Part shown: in pieces, positions 62,939 through 64,000 of the stretch
Layout: each line of letters starts with the position of its first letter
Position numbering within the stretch: position 1 is the stretch's first letter
Assembly (NCBI GenBank): GCA_964404655.1
Contig: CAYOKX010000002.1
Location: 1,037 to 65,036 of the forward strand
DNA length: 64,000 nucleotides
Reading direction: 5' to 3'
From: an uncultured Sulfurimonas sp.
Lineage (GTDB): Bacteria > Campylobacterota > Campylobacteria > Campylobacterales > Sulfurimonadaceae
Notes under the pieces: model-generated
Databases searched by the model: none
The model's input: only the letters and a program-made list of their open reading frames with translations
What the model was told of the DNA's origin: nothing
Position numbers and translations under genes: made by a program

Positions 62939-63060
62939 TTAATCTCTCCTTATAGTACAGGGAGATGATTAACTCTTTCCATTCCTCCCTATTCTTTAAG
63001 CTTCAAATTAAAATTATGACGAATTAAAAAACTAAAAAATAGACTTAAATCGTCAATTTA
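62939..63060. other. Structured intergenic element (alternative hairpins plus a long imperfect inverted repeat)
   Basis: TTAATC-TCTCC/GGAGA-T-GATTAA stem; competing AGGGAG/CTCCCT pairing; TGACGAATTAA...TTAAATCGTCA inverted repeat. Confidence 0.4.
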
Positions 63061-63125
63061 ATATAAAAAATAAACTTATTATCTACTTTTTATCTGATAG
63101 TATCATCAAAAACTTCAAAGGATTT

Positions 63126-63320
63126 ATGATGAGTGAACCAAGATTAGAAGATATAGGTGATTATAATTCACTAAAAGGTGAAAAAAGAAAAATAGTTTTC
63201 TCTGTTATCTTTACAGGTATTGTGATTGGAATAGTTTATTTAGTGGCTTATAATATTTTTGATAACAGAGATGATAATTTAAAGATAACAGAAAGTGTAA
63301 AAATCATACCATTAAGATAG
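63126..63320 (+). CDS. Small single-TM hypothetical protein
   Basis: AAAGGA SD; 64 aa with one hydrophobic helix. Confidence 0.7.
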   Translation: MMSEPRLEDIGDYNSLKGEKRKIVFSVIFTGIVIGIVYLVAYNIFDNRDDNLKITESVKIIPLR

Positions 63321-63384
63321 ATTGTTATTTTAAATAATGTAGTATTGTAAAAATAAAAGCGTTTGGTCGCTATCGAGGTAGGTT

Positions 63385-64000
63385 ATGTTATCAATAATAG
63401 TAGGTGTTTATACACTATTTGTTTTAGTTTCTATATATACGAGTGTAATGCAAATTGGTTTTATCAATATTGCAAAAAGGAAAAAAGCAGTATTGCTTCA
63501 ACCTAGTGATTTTTTAAAGGCTGGAAATTATGCTGTTGCTAAGGAGAAACTTTCTATCGTCAGTTCATTTGTAGATTATCTCTTTTTTATCGCTTGGATG
63601 GGTTTTGGTATAGCATTATTACAAGATAAACTTTTTTTTGAAAATGAAGCATTAATGACTATTGTAATTGTTATGAGTTTTATTGTTATAAATACAATAT
63701 TTTCAATCCCTTTTACTTACTATGAAAAATTTGTATTAGATAAAGAGTTTGGTTTTAATAAGTCAACAATTTCTCTTTGGATAAAAGATACTCTTATCTC
63801 TTTTGGAATGACATTAGTTTTTGGTTCTTTAGTGATATGGGGAATATATCTTATTATCTCAAATTTTTCTTTATGGTGGTTGTGGAGTTTTTTATTTATA
63901 TTTAGTGTTATTATTTTAATAAATATGCTCTATCCAGCATTTCGTGCAATGTTCTTTGATAAGTTAACACCTTTACAAGATGAGGAGTTAGATGATAAAA
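63385..64000 (+). CDS. M48 (Ste24-like) membrane metallopeptidase, 5' part; runs off the window
   Basis: ATG after GAGG. MLSIIVGVY...MQIGFI...AGNYAVAKEKL...PFTYYEKFVLDKEFGFNKST...WIKD matches the Peptidase_M48 N-terminal region; HExxH is not in the window. Confidence 0.75.
   Translation, partial: MLSIIVGVYTLFVLVSIYTSVMQIGFINIAKRKKAVLLQPSDFLKAGNYAVAKEKLSIVSSFVDYLFFIAWMGFGIALLQDKLFFENEALMTIVIVMSFIVINTIFSIPFTYYEKFVLDKEFGFNKSTISLWIKDTLISFGMTLVFGSLVIWGIYLIISNFSLWWLWSFLFIFSVIILINMLYPAFRAMFFDKLTPLQDEELDDK

Noticed and set aside
1-64000. CRISPR arrays, IS elements, prophage genes, tRNA/rRNA
   Set aside because: No regularly spaced repeats, transposase/integrase ORFs or structural-RNA signatures seen; intergenic spaces are short and mostly explained.

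Overview
AT-rich chromosomal window from a Campylobacterota (epsilonproteobacterial) organism; gene content and order resemble Sulfurimonas (inference). Most of it is core genome: the 3' part of napAGHBFL-(PAS)-D, rppH-lysC-hobA-holB-folP, prs, nth, hisA-cheY-prmA-ftsH, ruvB/panB, queH-fabZ-lpxA-clpX-mreBC, rpmH-rnpA-yidD-yidC-jag-mnmE, fba, a split PAS+MCP energy-taxis pair, miaA-pfkA, hisD and ctpA-purCSQ-plsC-crcB. I saw no rRNA, tRNA, CRISPR array or transposase. The strongest signal is that three tRNA maturation/modification genes (queH, rnpA, miaA) have intact conserved N-termini with no in-frame ATG/GTG/TTG in front of them. Each has an SD-like element followed by ATT or ATC, which suggests non-canonical and possibly IF3-sensitive initiation. 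Other notable items: a standalone Aer/CetB-type PAS gene inside the nap operon; an ABC-ATPase + TOPRIM (PARIS-like) pair whose effector carries a single nonsense codon; a HEPN/MNT pair with catalytic Arg->Gly and a decayed antitoxin; a hemerythrin + heme-copper-oxidase-like membrane gene pair with a Crp/Fnr-like box; an Hpt-pseudoREC-HDOD protein; probable leaderless genes; several small genes missing from the ORF track; strong GATC avoidance; and a structured intergenic element near 62.95 kb. All calls come from reading the sequence; no database search was run.
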